NCBI GenBank assembly: GCA_977017575.1
Contig: CDRNVI010000148.1
Span: 248,001 to 312,000, forward strand
Source of the DNA: Paramoeba atlantica
Taxonomy: Eukaryota > Protista > Discosea
Direction: 5' to 3'
Length of the DNA: 64,000 nucleotides
Below the pieces are notes generated by a model that was given only the letters and a program-made list of their open reading frames with translations, ran no database searches and was not told the DNA's origin. Made by a program: the position numbers and the translations under genes. Of the stretch, positions 9,534-26,100 are shown one piece after another (within the stretch, counting starts at the first letter, position 1; every line of letters begins with the position of its first letter).

Positions 9534-10886
9534 TCATTTGCATTTTTTTTGAACTGCTGGTTTGATATTTTTGCACTACAAAAACAAAAAAAAAAAATGA
9601 AAAAGAGTCAACCTTCAAAAATAGGAAAGTAAAAAAACAAAGAAAAGAGAAAAAAAATCAAACCTTGAATTGGGTGATCAATTCAATAATCTTCTGATTT
9701 TCTACAACATCAAACACTGTTTTACCCTCCTAACAAAAATTGAAAGAGATTCAAAAAAGAGAGAGAGAGAATCACTCCAATACCCCTCCTCCCCTTCTCT
9801 TACATAAATAACAATAACAAAATCAAACAGTAAAAAAGGTGCCCACAAACTATATTAATCTCAAAAGAAAATCAAAACTTTGGTTTTAAGATGAACGTGG
9901 GCTCCTGCATCCAGAAGAATTTTCACACTTTCTTCAAAACCTCCCTCAACAGCTCGATAAAGAGCGGTCTTTCCATACTTAACAAAAAAAGAAGTTTTTT
10001 AAAAAAAGAAACAAAACAAATCACCACAACCCAAATTACACCTTCTCGCCCTTGAAAAAAAGAAGATTTGAAAAATGAACAAAAAAAATCGACATCCTCT
10101 CTCCATTCCTTCTGATAAAAGAAAAAGAAAAAAGAAAATCAAAACTGGATCTTGAAGATTAATGTTGGATCCATATTCAACAAGAATTTTTACAATTTTT
10201 TGAAAACTCTTCAGAGCAGCAAAGTGAAGAGCGGTCCACCCATCCTGAATAAAAAAGAAACACATCACACAACCCATCCCATCCTCTCCCATCACAATCT
10301 CTCAAGCAAGAGAATGAGAAAACAAATAAAAAGAAAAAGAAAATCAAATAAAAAGTTCAAAAAAAAAAGATTTCCCAAATAACAACAATAACCAACCAAA
10401 TAAAAAACTGAAAAAACTGAAAAAAGAAAAGCAAAACTTGATCTTGAAGATCAATGTTGGGTCCATGTTCAAGAAGAATCTTCGCAGTTCCTTCATGTCC
10501 ATGGAAAGCAGCTAGGTGAAGAGGAGTCCATCCAATCTTAAAATTGAAAGAAGTTTTTAAAAAAGAACAAATCGTCATCCTCGCCATTCAACCACATCAA
10601 GAACAACCAACGTGTAGAAAAAGAAAACAACAAAATAAAATAAAAACAACTAAAAAATCAAAACTTGATCTTGAAGGTCAATGTTGGATCCATGTGCAAC
10701 AAGAAGTTTCACAATTCCTTCCCAACCTTTCATAGCTTTGTGAAGAGCGGTTTCTCCATTCTTGTCTTGGAAATTTACATTCAGTTTTTGATTTTTGTTG
10801 TGAAGAAGAACTTTGACAAGTCCTTCATCTCCTTCCGCAACAGCTTCAATAAGTTTCTCGTTTTCTGATTTCTTTTCTTCATCCAT
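9534..10886 (-). CDS. Ankyrin-repeat protein (about one repeat per exon), C-terminus CKNIKPAVQKKCK*
   Basis: Exons give GETALHKA...NIDLQDQ | IGWTPLHLAA...DLQDQ | DGWTALHFAA... | YGKTALYRAV... | EGKTVFDVV...QFK | CKNIKPAVQKKCK*, all joined by phase-0 GT-AG introns. Confidence 0.85.
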
Positions 10887-11051
10887 CTTCTTTGGAAGAG
10901 AAAAAAAAAAGAAAGAGAAAAACAGAGAAAAAGAAAGAGAGAAAAAGGGCAAAGAGAGGAAAAGACAAAACGAATTTGCAGAAAAAGACAAAAACAATTT
11001 GTGGACACCAATCACCTTTCTTTCTTTCTTTCCAGTATTTTCTTAACAAAA

Positions 11052-11123
11052 ATCCTCGTGGCCTAATGGTAAGGCGCATGACTTCTAATCATGAGATTGC
11101 GGGTTCGAGTCCCGTCGAGGATG
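11052..11123 (+). tRNA. tRNA-Arg(TCT), copy 1
   Basis: ATCCTCG/CGAGGAT acceptor stem, CATGA-CT TCT AA-TCATG anticodon arm, GGTTCGAGTCC, T-run terminator. Confidence 0.97.
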
Positions 11124-11377
11124 TTTTTTTTTTCTCTTTTTTTTTCTCTTTTTTTTTTCTCTTTTTTTTTGTCTCCGAGTTTCGTGCTGGTCCTTTTTTT
11201 CTTTGTAAAGTTTTTGGACATCAAAGTTTGTGATCTCTGAGATGAATTTAGTTTTCATTTTTTTTGAACTTTCTGGAAAGAAATGGACAAAAACAATTTG
11301 TGGACACCAATCACCACGAGAGGGGACATCACGTTTTGCCATTTTCTTTCTTTCTTTTGTGTTTCTTTTTAACAAAG

Positions 11378-11449
11378 ATCCTCGTGGCCTAATGGTAAGG
11401 CGCATGACTTCTAATCATGAGATTGCGGGTTCGAGTCCCGTCGAGGATG
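11378..11449 (+). tRNA. tRNA-Arg(TCT), copy 2
   Basis: Identical to copy 1, 326 nt downstream. Confidence 0.97.
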
Positions 11450-11888
11450 TTTTTTTTCTCTTTTTTTTTGTTCTGAGTTTCGAGCTGGTCCATTTTTCCT
11501 TTGTAAAGTTTTTGGACATCAATCTTTGACTCTCTGAGTTTCTTTTTCACTTTTTTGAAATTTCTGGAAAGAAACGGAGAAAAACAGAGGAAAAAATTGT
11601 TCTGATTGTTAACTTCCACAAAATGACCATGGTAATTATCTTTTTAATTAATTTAAATATTTAATTTATTTAAAATATTTAGAACCAAAGTCCTCTTTCT
11701 CCACTCTCAGACTCAAACAGATTTTGTTTTAAAAAATTGTTGAGGAAGAAAAGTGAGACAAAAACAAAACTGAAAATCGAAAGAAACCAAATTCATTCCA
11801 TGAACCAAAATTGCAGAGCCCAAATCCCTCAAAAATCCAAACCAATTTGAGAACCAAATGATATTGAATCTCCTCCCCAAAAAACCTC

Positions 11889-12558
11889 TCAAAACCCTCG
11901 TTCTTTTCTGTGACGCAGAATTGAAGGTGGAAGATAACCCAATTGACAAAACTCCTCTTTCTGATTCTCTGAAAGGATTGGTCGGACTTCTGCAGTTTTC
12001 TCGCACATTGATCCTCCATCACATCCAAATTGAAGACAAAGACGACACAATTTTTTTTCATCTCTGTGTAAAAAGGGACACTTGGCTCCTCCACGACACG
12101 AATTCTTTGTGCAAAGAGCTTGTTTCCGAAGAAGGAAGGGAGAACATCCTCCATGTTGTGAAAAAAACAGTCTCTCCTCTTCAGTGTGTTTGTGATGGCA
12201 CCTGGAACCGAGTGGTTGAGGTCGACAAAATTCCCGATGGGGGCAACGTTTTGTAAATTTCTTTCCATAAAAGACATTTTTTCTTTTTCGGTGGGAAGAC
12301 TTCTTTTTCCATGCTTTTGAATTGAGTATCCACTCTTCTTGATTCTCCCTCTCAAAGAGCTCAACTTCATTGACAAAGCAGGCAGGCGTTTCTTCGTCTT
12401 TTTCGCTTGAAGAACTTTCCTTTTCTTCCTCTTTGCTTTTGTTCTCCTTTGAAACTTCATCCTCCTCAGAGTCCTCCTCTCCTTCACCCCAAATAACTTC
12501 TTCAACCTCTTCTTCTTCTTCTTCTTCATCTTCTACCTCTTCCTCTTCGTCGTCTTCT

Positions 12559-12593
<35 letters not shown>

Positions 12594-13856
12594 TTCCTCT
12601 TCTTCTTCCTCCTCCCCTTCTTCATCACCCTCTTCCTCCTCTTTTTCGCAGTCTTCGTCTTGAGCAATTTCCTCATCTTCATCATCTTCCTCATCTTCAT
12701 CATCTTCCTCGTCTTCCTCATCTTCATGATCTTCGTCTGCTTCATCAAGGAGAGAAAAGTAATTTTTTCCCTCAACCTTACCATTTGAACATTTCTTCCG
12801 AGGTTTGTTTCTATCTTCCACAAAAGTTTTTGTTGAATCTCCAAATTTTTGTTTCAGCCAAACCAATAGTTTGCTCATGTCAACAGCCCGAGAAGATATT
12901 TCGAGATAAATTGAAGGTGATTGTTTCTTTTTGGATGCAGGAGGCAATTTCGGGATGATAAAACAAGAAGGAACTTTCCACTCTTTTTCTACAGAAGTCA
13001 CCACCTTTTCTCCAAACTCGAATAAGTCATCTGTACCTTCATTGTCGGGACATTGGACAACAAATGTTCGATCAGGACGAGGGAGATAACGCAATTGATT
13101 TAACTTCATTGCAGTAAACCCAATCTCATTAATCTTCTGGTCTAAAAAAATTAACGAAAAACCAGGAGTTTTTTTCTCTTCAAGATCACGAAAACTCTTC
13201 GCACAACAGGAGTTCCACGTGTACACCTCAACAGACATTCCGTTTTTCAGAGCATGTTCAACAACGTCCAAATAATCTCGATCACCAGCAACAATACAGT
13301 AAACTCGAGAAGCTTTATGCTGGAGACTCTCTTTGTACTCTTCTTCAACAAACGCATATTCTTTTCCATACTTTTCGAAACGGTTTTTACGATCATCAAC
13401 TATCGCAGCAATACGCGAGACATCATCCGTCATCGTCTGAACAAGAAGAGGATCCACTTGCTTTTCTTTTTTCGTTTTGTAAGAAACGGGTCGGAGGTGA
13501 ACAGAAAACCCTTCTTTTTCAAAAGCTCTCCACATTTGATCACGAGGATTGGTCGGGTCACTTGATCCAAATAGTTGCAGAACATCTCTTTTTCGCAACC
13601 CAATAATCGCTTCAGCAACTCCTCGAGGCCTGATCCGCCATCGACGATCTTGGGGAACGTTCAATCCTTTCACACGACTGGCAAGTTTTGATCCTTCAAT
13701 CCAAATATTCGAGTTATCAACAAGTACCATACAAGAAGAAGAGGGTTCAGCGGGTTCAGAGAATAATGACTCTCCCCCAATCTCGATCTCGATCTCGCTC
13801 GCGTTCTCGCTGTCCAACTGCTGCTGTACAAGTTCTTCTTTCCGTTCGTGAACCAT
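11889..13856 (-). CDS. NYN (LabA/DUF88 PIN-like) RNase domain + acidic tract + CCCH zinc fingers
   Basis: Intronless. NYN acidic motifs VLVDNSN, KEKQVD and IVAGDRDY. Long E/D tract. Zinc fingers CPHREFC...CHHKH and CTKNSC...CPFLH. Confidence 0.85.
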
Positions 13857-14373
13857 CTTAACCAAAATTCTCAAATCAGTAGTAAAACTTTCCTTTTTTT
13901 TCTTGGAAATTTACAAATAACAGCTCACGTTTTCAACGACGTGGTGAGCAGGAACTTCGCCTAAGCGGCCACTCGCCTTTTCCAGCAGTTTGCGCAACCG
14001 TTTGCGAATAATATCCACACAAACAAAGACTGAATTCTGTCTTAATTTGGGATTGAAAAAATCTATTCGGCGAAAACTGAAAAAATGTGAACTTCAGAGA
14101 GGAGTTTGGAACTCCGTTTTGGTGAAGAGAAATTCGTCATTCAATGACTTTCTCAAAAGAGAAACTTTTTGTCTTGGAAATTTCTCCAAAAATATTCTTC
14201 CAAAAAAGAAGATCCTCTCACAGAAGAAAAAAAAAAAAAGAGATTATTTTTGAAAAACTTTAGACTCGTCTTCACATTTCTGAAAAGAACGGAGTTCGCA
14301 CATGAGAAAATTTTCTCGACAAAAGAGGAAGGAAGGAAATAGAATTTAGAAATATTTTGTAATCGCTTTGGCT

Positions 14374-17300
14374 CTAATCATACTCAGATTCATTGAACTC
14401 TGTTTCATCTGAAACAAAATAAAATTAAAAAAACGATTCGGAAATTTGATAAAGAGAAAGAAGCAAAAAAAAGAGGAGACCTTGATAACCATCAATTTCA
14501 GAGAACTCTGATTCTCTAAAAAAGTGAGAAAATGGGGAACCTAATCGACAAAAAAACATAAGAAAAGAATTTCACAGGAGAAAGTATTTCACAGAATTTG
14601 TGAAAAATACCTCCACACGCATGTTGCCAGAAAAAACGTTCTCGATGCGCATCAATAAAAGAAACAATCGTTGGCCAAAATTTATCTTGTGTTTTTTTCC
14701 ATCGATAACCTAAAGGAAAAGATGAAAAAAAAAACAAAGACAAAGACCAAAAACAAAAAACTTTGTTTTCAAATTTTTTTTTAAAAAAAAATAAAAATAA
14801 AAATAAATCGTCAGAAGCAGGATTTGAACCTGCGCCCCGTTTCCGGGAGTAGATTTCAAGTCTACCGTCTTAGACCACTCGACCATCCTGACATTTGTTG
14901 TTTTCGTTCCATTTCAGAACGTTCTTATTTGATCACACGACACAAACAAACAAAAAGAATTCGGACAAACCTTTCACTTTTTCGTTGTGAACGACAAGAT
15001 GTTTGACAACTCCTTTACGATCGACAAAAGAAATCGCAGCTATTCATTTCCTCATTGAGAAAAACAATTTTCCTTCGATGAATTTTTCAGCAAATCACAA
15101 ACCTTGCCAACGTTTGGAAGAGAAACGAACAAGAAAAGTGCCTGATGGCTTTTGTCGTAATAAAGTCTGAACGATTGCTTTTTTCAGAAAAGAGGAAAGG
15201 GAAAAAAATATTTTTTCGAGGACTTTCACAAACCTCCGCTTCCTGACTACTCAAATATCCATGAAAATAATCTTCTTTGAGAAGGTACTTCACTCTCCTA
15301 TTTTTCAGAGGTTGTGAGAGAGAGAAGACTTTTTTTGGGATCACAAAAAAAAAGCAATTGAAGACAAACGAAGGAAGATGGGGATCAAGAGGACCAACAA
15401 AAGCAAGGAGATCTCCAAACTTTGATGCATCGACAACTTCTTCTTTCTTCTCCATCAGTAACTCCTGAAAAGAGGATCATGAAAAAAATTCAAGATAAAA
15501 AGGAAAACAAAAGCCAAAAAACCTGCAAGCAAGCAACCATACATTCATCTTGTTGAAGTTCTTCTTTACTCTTTTTCCGTAAGTCTGCTAAATTCATCCG
15601 TGACTTGCCTCTTTGATGTGCGAAATAAGGAGAATCGATTCTCCTCTCATTCTGTTCCAAAGAAGGATCAGGAAAGAATACTCGAACAGATTGAAAGAAA
15701 GGAATGGCGAATTGCATCCAATCTATTTTTACGTTCGAGAAATGTTCTTTCCAAAAAGTAATTCCTGTTTTGATTTTTCGCATTATGTGGGTGAAACAAA
15801 GAAGGGGAAGGGGAAGGAAATAGTAGTGTTTGAGAAAACCTTCAGGATTTCGAATCGCTTGTTGTAATTGTTGAATAAAATAGGCTTCTTCTTGTTCTTT
15901 TTGGATCCTAAGATTTTTTTTTTGAGCAAAGAAAATTAAAATCCAAGAAACAAAGAAAACACTAAATGTGAGAGAGAAAAACAAATAAGAACCCTTCTAA
16001 GGTCGAACCAATCGAGTTTGAACCAACAAAGGGAGGTCGATCACTTTCACTTTGTTTCCACATACTCGAAATTAAAGAAGTGATCTTTTTTATTTCTCAG
16101 TGAGTCTCCCAACATTCAATATTTAGCTTTAAAAAAATCAAAGAAAGAAAGAGAAGATTACCGATTGAGGCCACGCAGGAGATAAGGGAAGGCGGCTCTT
16201 GTCCAAAGATAATTTCTTGATAAAAATGGAGTCAACGTCCCCCTCTCTGTAATTCCACCTATACCACAAAAAAGATGAATGACCGATCCCAAAAAACCCC
16301 AAAAAACCCACACAAATCAAAGAAAATCGAACCAAATGATTTCCCAGAGAGCCACAGCAAAGCTGTACACATCTAAAAGAAAGATTACCATCAATAAAAA
16401 GATTCTTTTCAACAAAAGAGAACCAACAAAAAAAAAAAACCGCTCTTGGTAGATGGTTTTTTGCCACCCCCAAACTCAGGAGACTGGTATATTTTTACTT
16501 TCGAGTTTCTTGGATCCTCTAAGAGAAAAAAAAATGAATAAAACAAAAAGGAAATGGTACATGAAAGACAAGAGAAGAAAACCTGCCAGGGAAAAATCAC
16601 AAAGTTTGACATGATTTTGCTCCATGATCATATTAGAAGGCTGTTTTTGGGATTTTTAGACATTGATTGAATTCATCCTCTCTTTCTCTCTTTCTCTCTT
16701 TGCTTCTATTCTTCTTTTTTTTACTCTTTCTCAGTCAAGTTCTTTCTTTTTACCTTTAGATTGAGATGAAGAATGGGAGGAGACAATTGATGAAGCCACG
16801 CCACACTAAAACGGAAAAGAAAAAGTTGAGAGAGAGGACTTTTTAATCGAGAAAAAAATGTTCAAAATAAGAACCCACGAGCAGCTTGAGAAACCCAATC
16901 GATTCTCTTTGGCAAAGGATGTGAACTATCCCGCATTTGTGCATCAACACTTGTGGACAATAACTCAGTCACTGTGAAAAAATTGAGTGGGTGGTTTCAA
17001 AAAAAAAAAGAAAAAGAGGAGAAGGACAATTCTTCTGATTCAAAAGAAAGGATTCTTTTTGAAATTCTTTTTGAAGAAGAAGAAATGACAAACCAACAAG
17101 AAGAGATCCCTTCAAATCAAGACATGCTCCGAGCGTGAGAGCAACATGCGGTGTTCTCACTTCATTTCGAATAAATTCAATCTCTTTGAGAAAATATTCC
17201 ACCTTTTTCAAAAAAAAAAAAAACCTTGTCAATCAACATTGAAAAAAAGAGAGAATGAATCAATATAAAAAAACCTTGACAGCAGATTCTTGAATTTTCT

Positions 17301-17486
17301 TGATTGCAACAGCGTTCCCTCGGCAAACCCCTTGATACACTTTCCCTAACGGCCCTTCCCCCTTTTTCATTCTCATCAGAAAAAAAACAAGTCATGAAAA
17401 AAGAAAAAGGAAAGAAAGAAGAAAAAACAACAAACCAACTCTGAGGAGATTTCCAACTCAGCAGGCCCAATTTGATCATCACTCAT
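14374..17486 (-). CDS. TKL (pseudo)kinase with C-terminal SH2 domain (Shk-like), multi-exon
   Basis: Spliced: MSDDQIG..|GEGPLGKVYQG..VAIKK|..VAWLHQLSPPILHLNLK|PSNMIM..KLCDFPWQ|..YQSPEF..|DVYSFAVALWEII; then YFHGYLSSQEAE|TLLRQKPSGTFLVRFSS|AISFVDRKGVVKHLVV|GYRW...; ends ESEYD*. Confidence 0.85.
14809..14892 (-). tRNA. tRNA-Ser(TGA), type II with long variable arm, intronic
   Basis: Reverse complement: GTCAGGATGGTCGAGTGGTCTAAGACG-GTAGA CT TGA AA TCTAC-TCCCGGAAACGGGG-CGCAGGTTCAAATCCTGC-TTCTGAC-G. G73 discriminator, T-run downstream. Confidence 0.93.
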
Positions 17487-17937
17487 TTCTTTTCTTTGTT
17501 TTGTTTTGTTTTTGTTTTTTGTTTTTTGTTTTCTTTTTGTGAAAACCAAAAAAAAACAACCCAAACAAAACAAATCCAAAAATGGTAAAAAGTAGGTCGG
17601 AAACATAACTCATTATACCCAAATATGGTAAATATCATGTTCCCAGCCAAATATGGCAACGGAACTTTGTTGGCGGAGAGAACGCCCTGTTTCAAAGAGA
17701 AACACAACGAAAAGAAAAGACTCATTTTTTCAATTTTTTGTCAAAAAAAGGTTTATTGTCAGTTTGCTGTTCGCACCACCGAAAATTGGGACTTCGAACA
17801 CTAAAATTGCTCACACCCCGGTCCAGGAACACAGGAGGGAGGAGAGAAGAATATTTTGTGAGAGAAGAGAAAGAGAAGGGAGAAGATCAGAGAAGAGGGA
17901 AACAACAACAACCATCATCAAGTCTATCACACAAAAT

Positions 17938-22511
<4,574 letters not shown>

Positions 22512-22799
22512 TTGTGAAAACTGTGTGGATCAAACCCAAAACCAAAAGGAAAAGAGAAGGAAAGAGAGAAAACAGAGGCCAAAAAAAATGGAAAGAAAAA
22601 GAAAAGAAAGAAAAAGAAAGATCAGTCCCACAAAAGAGAGAGAGAGAAAAAGAAACTCAGCGAAAAAAAAAATTCACCAAAAGATAGAGAAAAAGAAGCC
22701 AAAAACCCAAAAACGCAAGCCAAAAAAGAAGCCAAAAAACGTCCCAAAATAACGGGTCTAAATTATCCTTCCCCATTATCGGTGTTATGAAAATTTTTG

Positions 22800-22807
22800 T
22801 GACGTCA
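22800..22807. promoter_or_regulatory. CRE-like palindrome in the divergent promoter between the USP and PH genes
   Basis: TGACGTCA lies in the ~600-bp head-to-head intergenic region. An 8-mer can occur by chance. Confidence 0.3.
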
Positions 22808-23127
22808 TATGTAGTTCGTCTTTTATGTCATTTCTTTTGGTCTGTTTGGATGTTAAAAAGGTGTTGGTATCGTCGTATTTTTTAAAAAAGGGTGCAAAAT
22901 AATTTTGAATGTGTTTTTGTATAAAAATATATTTTCTTAAAAAAATAAAAAGTACTCATTGAAGAATCTCTCCTTTTTTGGATTCTCAGCCCCTGAGAGA
23001 AAAAACGAAGAAAAGTTTTGTCGGAAAAAGAGAAGGGAGAGAGAAGAACAGAGAGAAGAACAGAGAGGAGAATCGAGAGAAGAAGAGAGAGAAGAGAGAG
23101 AGAGAGAAGAGAGGTTCAGGTTTGAGA

Positions 23128-26100
23128 ATGACGGATTCCGTCTATGTTCCCCAATTGAAAGCCTATTTGCTGAAACAAGGGGATAAGGGGCTCATCAGAA
23201 GGTGGAAAAAAAGGTTTTGAAAAAGAGAAAAAAGAAAAAAGAAAAAAGAAAAAGAAAAAAGAAACAAGAAAGAAACTTTTGATCAAAAAGAAAACAAAAA
23301 AAGAAAACAAACAAAAAAAGAAAACAAACAAACAAAACAAAAATAGATGGTTTGTGCAAGATGATGAGAAATATTGTATCACATATTTTGAGTCGCATCT
23401 TGATTTGTCCAATCCTCTTGGTTCTATTTCTATTGTTGATTCTCAGAAGGTTTTTCTTTTCTTCTTTCTTCTTTCTTCTTTCTTCTTTCTTCTTTCTTCT
23501 TTCTTCTTTCTTCTTTCTTCTTTCTTCTTTCTTCTTTCTTTTTCTTTCTTTTTTTCTTTCTTTTTTTCTTTTTTTCTTTTTTTCTTTTTTTCTTTTTTTC
23601 TTTTCTTTTCGAAACAAACCAGATATTTTTTCTTTTTAGATTGAAGTTGTTCCAGACGAAAGATATTTTCTTTTTGATATTGAAGTTGGAGAGAGAATCT
23701 ACCATCTTTCATCAGATGCAAAGGTTTTTCTTTCTTTTTCTTTTTCTTTTCTTTTTTATCTTCTCATCTTTTATCTTTCTTTTTTTTCTTTTTTTTGAAG
23801 AATGAAAGGGATCATTGGGTCGAACGATTGAATGAACTTCGTATGTTTCTTTCTCTTCTTTCTCTTCTTTCTCTTCTTTCTCTTCTTTCTCTTCTTTTCT
23901 TTCTTTTCTTTCTTTCTTTCTTTCTTTCTTTTTTCCAATCGTAAAAAAAAAGGGGTTCAATGGGCGAGAGAGAGAAGAAGAGAAGGAACAAAGAAAAAAA
24001 TTTTGAGTGATTTTGAAATGGATGATTTTGAAGAAGAAAAAACTGGTCCTCTTCTTGATGATGATGATCATATGCAATTGCTTGATGATCAAGAATCAGT
24101 TTTCTTTTCTTTTCTTTTCTTTTCTTTTCTTTCTTTTTATTTATTTTATTTATTTTATTTTATTTTTTTTTTTTCCTTTTTTGTTATTTTTTGTTCGTAT
24201 GATTTTTTCTATTCTTTTTCTCCTCACTTTTGATACTCATTCCTTTTTTTGAACAGTCTGAGGCGTCATCGGAACAATTTGAAGGTTTGTTGAAAGAGAT
24301 AGAAAGGGAGAAAAAGAGCTCGAGAACTCGATCAAAGAAAGAAAGAAAAGAAAAGAAAATAATTGGAAAAAATATTCAAAAAAAAAAGAAAAAAAAATCA
24401 AAAATTAAATGTAACAATATTTTATTTGACTCAATCTCTTTTTTTTCTGAATAGAAACAGAACTAGGAAAAAAAGAGAGGGTCAAAAAAGGCACGAGAAC
24501 ACTTTTCGGGATGGGGAAAAATTTAACGAAACAAGGGTCATTGAATGAGATGTTTTTTAAAGAAGAGAGAGAAAGAGAAGAAGAGAAGAGAGAGGAAGAG
24601 AAGAGAGAAGGAGAAGAAGGAGAGATTTCTTCGAAGAGTATTGCTGATTTGAGGAGTTTTAGAGAAGAGGAAGAGAGGAGGGAGAAGAGAGAGAAGAGAG
24701 AGAGGGAGTTGAGGGAGTGGGAGAGGGAGTGTGCGGAGAGGGAGAATGAGAGGAAAGAGAGGGAGAAAGAGAAGGAGAGAGAGAAAGAGAGGGAAAGAGA
24801 GAGGGAAAAGGAGAGAGAAAAGGAGAGAGAAAGAGAGAGAGAGAAGGAGAAAGTGGAGAGAGAGAAGGAGAAGGTGGAGAAGGAGATTGAGAGGGAGAGA
24901 GAGGAGAGAGAGAGAGAAGAGAGGGAAAGGGAGAAACAAAAGGAGAAGGAGAGAGAGAAGAAAGAGTTTGAAGAGAGAGCGAAGAGAGAGAGAGAGGAAT
25001 GGGAGAGAGAGAAGAGAGAGAGGGAGAAAAGAGAGAAGAAAGAGAGAGAAGAAAGAGAAAGAGAAGATTGGAGAAAGAAAGAGAGAGAGAAAATTGAAAG
25101 AGAGATTGAAAGAGCTGCAAAAGAAAGAAGAGAAAATGAGAAAATAGAAAGAGAGAGAAAAGAGAGAGAGAGAATAGAAAATGAGAGGAGAGAAAGAGAG
25201 GAAAAAGAACAACAAGAAAGAGAGAGAAGAGAGAGGGAGAGGAGTAAGGTAGAGAGGCTTGAAGAAGAGTTGAGAGAAAGAGAGAGGAAGGAAAGAGAGG
25301 AGAAGGAGAGAAGAGAGAGAGAAGAGAGAGAGAGGGAAGAGAGAGAAAGAGAAGAGAGAGAAAGAGAGAGGGAAGAAAAAGAGACTTTGTTACAGCTTCC
25401 AGAGAAGGTTTTTTTTTTCTTTTTTCTTTTTCTTTTCTTTTCTTTTTTTCCTTCTTCTCTTTCTCTTTCTTTCTTCTTTCTCTTTTCTTTTTCATTTCAT
25501 TAACAAACAACAAAAAAGGGGGTTGTTCGAATGGGGAAAACAAAATGGGGAAAAAAAGACGCAACACCAAAAAGAGAAGAGAAAGAGGAAGAAGAAAGAA
25601 AAAGAATCCAAGAGAAAGAAGAAGAAGAAAAGAGAGAGAGAGAAAGGAGAGAGAGAGAGAGGGAGGAGAGAGAGAGAGTAGAGAGAGAAGAGAGGGAGAG
25701 AGAAGAGAGAGAGAGAGAAGAGAAGAGAGAAGAGAGAAAGGTTTCGAGTATGAGAGAGAAGGTTGTTTCTCATGAAGAGAATTCTTCTTCTTCTCTTTGG
25801 GGGAAATCGGTTTTTTTCTTTTTTCTTTTTTCTTTTTTCTTTTTTCTTTTTTTCTTTTTTTTCTTTTTTCTTTTTTTCTTTTTTCTTTTCTTTCCTTTTC
25901 TTTTTCTGTTCTCTTTTTCTTATTTATTAATTTTTCTTTATTAACTTTTTTTTTGCAGGAAAGATCGAGTCGGGTTCCTTTTCTTTCTTTTCTTTTCTTC
26001 TTTTCTTTTCTTGTTTTTTCTGTTGTTTTGTTGTTTTGTTTAGTTTTCCGTTGTTTATGTTGTTATTCTTGTTTTTTTTTTTTTTTTTTAATTTTTGGGT

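Larger units (their letters stand above)
10985..11545 (+). repeat. Tandem duplication containing the two tRNA-Arg genes
   Basis: Shared 5' flank (AAAAACAATTTGTGGACACCAATCACC) and 3' flank (TTGTAAAGTTTTTGGACATCAA) around both copies. Confidence 0.85.

Noticed and set aside
11729-12529. 266-aa overlapping ORF within the NYN gene
   Set aside because: It is an alternative frame of the acidic tract and zinc-finger region, with no independent features.
14809-14892. Possible selenocysteine or UGA-suppressor tRNA
   Set aside because: The anticodon is TGA (reads UCA, Ser), not TCA, and the acceptor stem has the standard 7 bp.
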